Virus record (IMG/VR): IMGVR_UViG_3300013426_000025
Span: 1-64,000 of that record
DNA: 64,000 bases
Reading direction: 5' to 3' (one strand)
Source of the DNA: a virus
Lineage: Duplodnaviria; Caudoviricetes
Shown: piece after piece, positions 62,985-64,000 of the stretch
Numbering within the stretch: the first letter of the stretch is position 1
Layout of the letters: each line of letters opens with the position of its first letter
Translations under genes and position numbers: made by a program
The notes under the pieces: generated by a model
The model's database searches: none
The model's input: the letters and a program-made list of their open reading frames with translations, nothing else
Told to the model about the DNA's origin: nothing

Positions 62985-63016
62985 CAAAGTTATATAAAAA
63001 GATTGAATCCTACAAG
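62985..63016 (-). promoter_or_regulatory. Bacteroidota-type promoter for the capsid operon
   Basis: CTTG-N20-TAACTTTG, intergenic. Confidence 0.75.
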
Positions 63017-63056
63017 TTGATTATAATTTTTATTATAAACACATAATAAAATTGTA

Positions 63057-63482
63057 TTATTCAATTCCTAAATATCCTTGTCTACAATGTTTACACAGAA
63101 ACTGCTTTGATTTCTTAAACAATATTTTACTAACATTTCCTGATAAATACTGTATTTCTTCTCCATAAGGATTTAGTTCATAATATTTTCCTATATGTGT
63201 TATAAGATGACCTTTTTCATGTTCTAATACATCTTGAAATTCATCAGGAGACGATGTAAGACCTATAACAATAAGCGTTCTCTTTAAAGAATAGTTTGTG
63301 TATGTAAATCCTTCATTATATCTACATTCATCAAGTAATCTCTTTGCCTTAAAGTATTCACTTGCACTTGGGTCTAACTCAAGTAAATCTGAAAGAATAT
63401 CATCAGTATAGTAAGTATCTACAGCATAATAAATCTTAACTGACCAATCATATTCTTTCAGATAAAACTCTTGAGTAATCAT
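63057..63482 (-). CDS. Zincin-like (HExxH) small protein
   Basis: GFTYTN, EHEKGHL and GEEIQYL motifs; ATGA overlap with the upstream gene. Confidence 0.65.
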   Translation of the reverse strand: MITQEFYLKEYDWSVKIYYAVDTYYTDDILSDLLELDPSASEYFKAKRLLDECRYNEGFTYTNYSLKRTLIVIGLTSSPDEFQDVLEHEKGHLITHIGKYYELNPYGEEIQYLSGNVSKILFKKSKQFLCKHCRQGYLGIE

Positions 63483-63877
63483 AGCATATCTTCCCAATCT
63501 ATAACAACACCTTTACCTATAACATCAGCAAAGTATCTAGTCATAGGAAGTCCATCATAGCCATCTGGGTCATCTATGTAGTCTTTAATAAATCTTACAA
63601 GATAATCTTCACTTGGTATTGAAGAGCCATAGTAATCTGCTTTAGCCATATTTGCTACAAATACAGCATCATAGCCTTTACACTTCTCTAATACAATACC
63701 ATATCTATCAAGCATTTGTTCTATACTTTCTTTAGTAATTGCTTCTACTTTAGCACCATCACTAATAGTCATGTGTTTCACAGCAAAGTCACAAAGTTTC
63801 TTATTAAAGTGCCAACCATAAAAGTTTAAATAATCTTTCATTCCTGAAGGCATTTTTTCATTACTATCCAGTCTCAT
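63479..63877 (-). CDS. Conserved hypothetical phage protein
   Basis: YL.FYGWHFNKKLC.FAV, YD.VFVANM.KADYYGSS, DDPDGY; start ATG 63877 lies after the terminator. Confidence 0.7.
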   Translation of the reverse strand: MRLDSNEKMPSGMKDYLNFYGWHFNKKLCDFAVKHMTISDGAKVEAITKESIEQMLDRYGIVLEKCKGYDAVFVANMAKADYYGSSIPSEDYLVRFIKDYIDDPDGYDGLPMTRYFADVIGKGVVIDWEDML

Positions 63878-63884
63878 ATTATAA

Positions 63885-63923
63885 TAAAATAAAAGGGGAA
63901 TAAAGTACAATACTTTACTCCCC
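63885..63923 (-). terminator. Intrinsic terminator
   Basis: GGGGAGTAAAGTA/TACTTTATTCCCC stem followed by TTTTATTTT on -. Confidence 0.75.
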
Positions 63924-63932
63924 AAGTTAAAC

Positions 63933-64000
63933 TTATCTACCCATTCTTCTTTCACCATAATCAGAAACTGACATTCTACCTTCTTTGTAGCCCTTTTCAT
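63933..64000 (-). CDS. 3' end of a gene truncated by the window edge (...EKGYKEGRMSVSDYGERRMGR*)
   Basis: Open frame ending in TAA at 63933-63935, directly before the terminator. Confidence 0.55.
   Translation of the reverse strand, partial: EKGYKEGRMSVSDYGERRMGR

Noticed and set aside
63878-64000. N-terminal extension of the 173-aa ORF
   Set aside because: It runs through a terminator hairpin and the 3' end of another gene in a different frame

Overview
This window is 64 kb of a crAss-like phage genome (Crassvirales). The gene order and family A polymerase resemble phiCrAss001/Steigviridae, which is an inference from synteny. It is AT-rich and uses the standard genetic code. The + strand (1-20.1 kb) carries a dense replication and nucleotide-metabolism operon: SSB, primase, rIIA/rIIB, PD-(D/E)xK nucleases, NrdD, a mini ferredoxin-thioredoxin reductase, NrdG, dUTPase, PolA split by a group I intron with an HNH-AP2 endonuclease, DUF3310, HicA, GroEL and ThyX. 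The - strand (64-20.2 kb) carries the virion module: scaffold-like protein, major capsid, ring proteins, auxiliary capsid protein, tail hub, fibre, a muzzle split into two genes, and five cargo proteins including the virion RNA polymerase. The two arms converge on a bidirectional terminator. Four Bacteroidota-type promoters ([C/A]TTG-N20-TAnnTTTG) point to a Bacteroidota host. Main highlights: (1) cysteines at all four junction-facing termini of the three giant cargo proteins, suggesting head-to-tail linking; (2) GNAT-like and zincin domains inside the virion RNAP; (3) a very small group I ribozyme core with exactly mappable splice sites; (4) a redoxin-type NrdD paired with a 67-aa FTR-like protein; (5) a promoter embedded in a terminator hairpin. 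Product calls come from motif recognition and synteny only; no searches were run.
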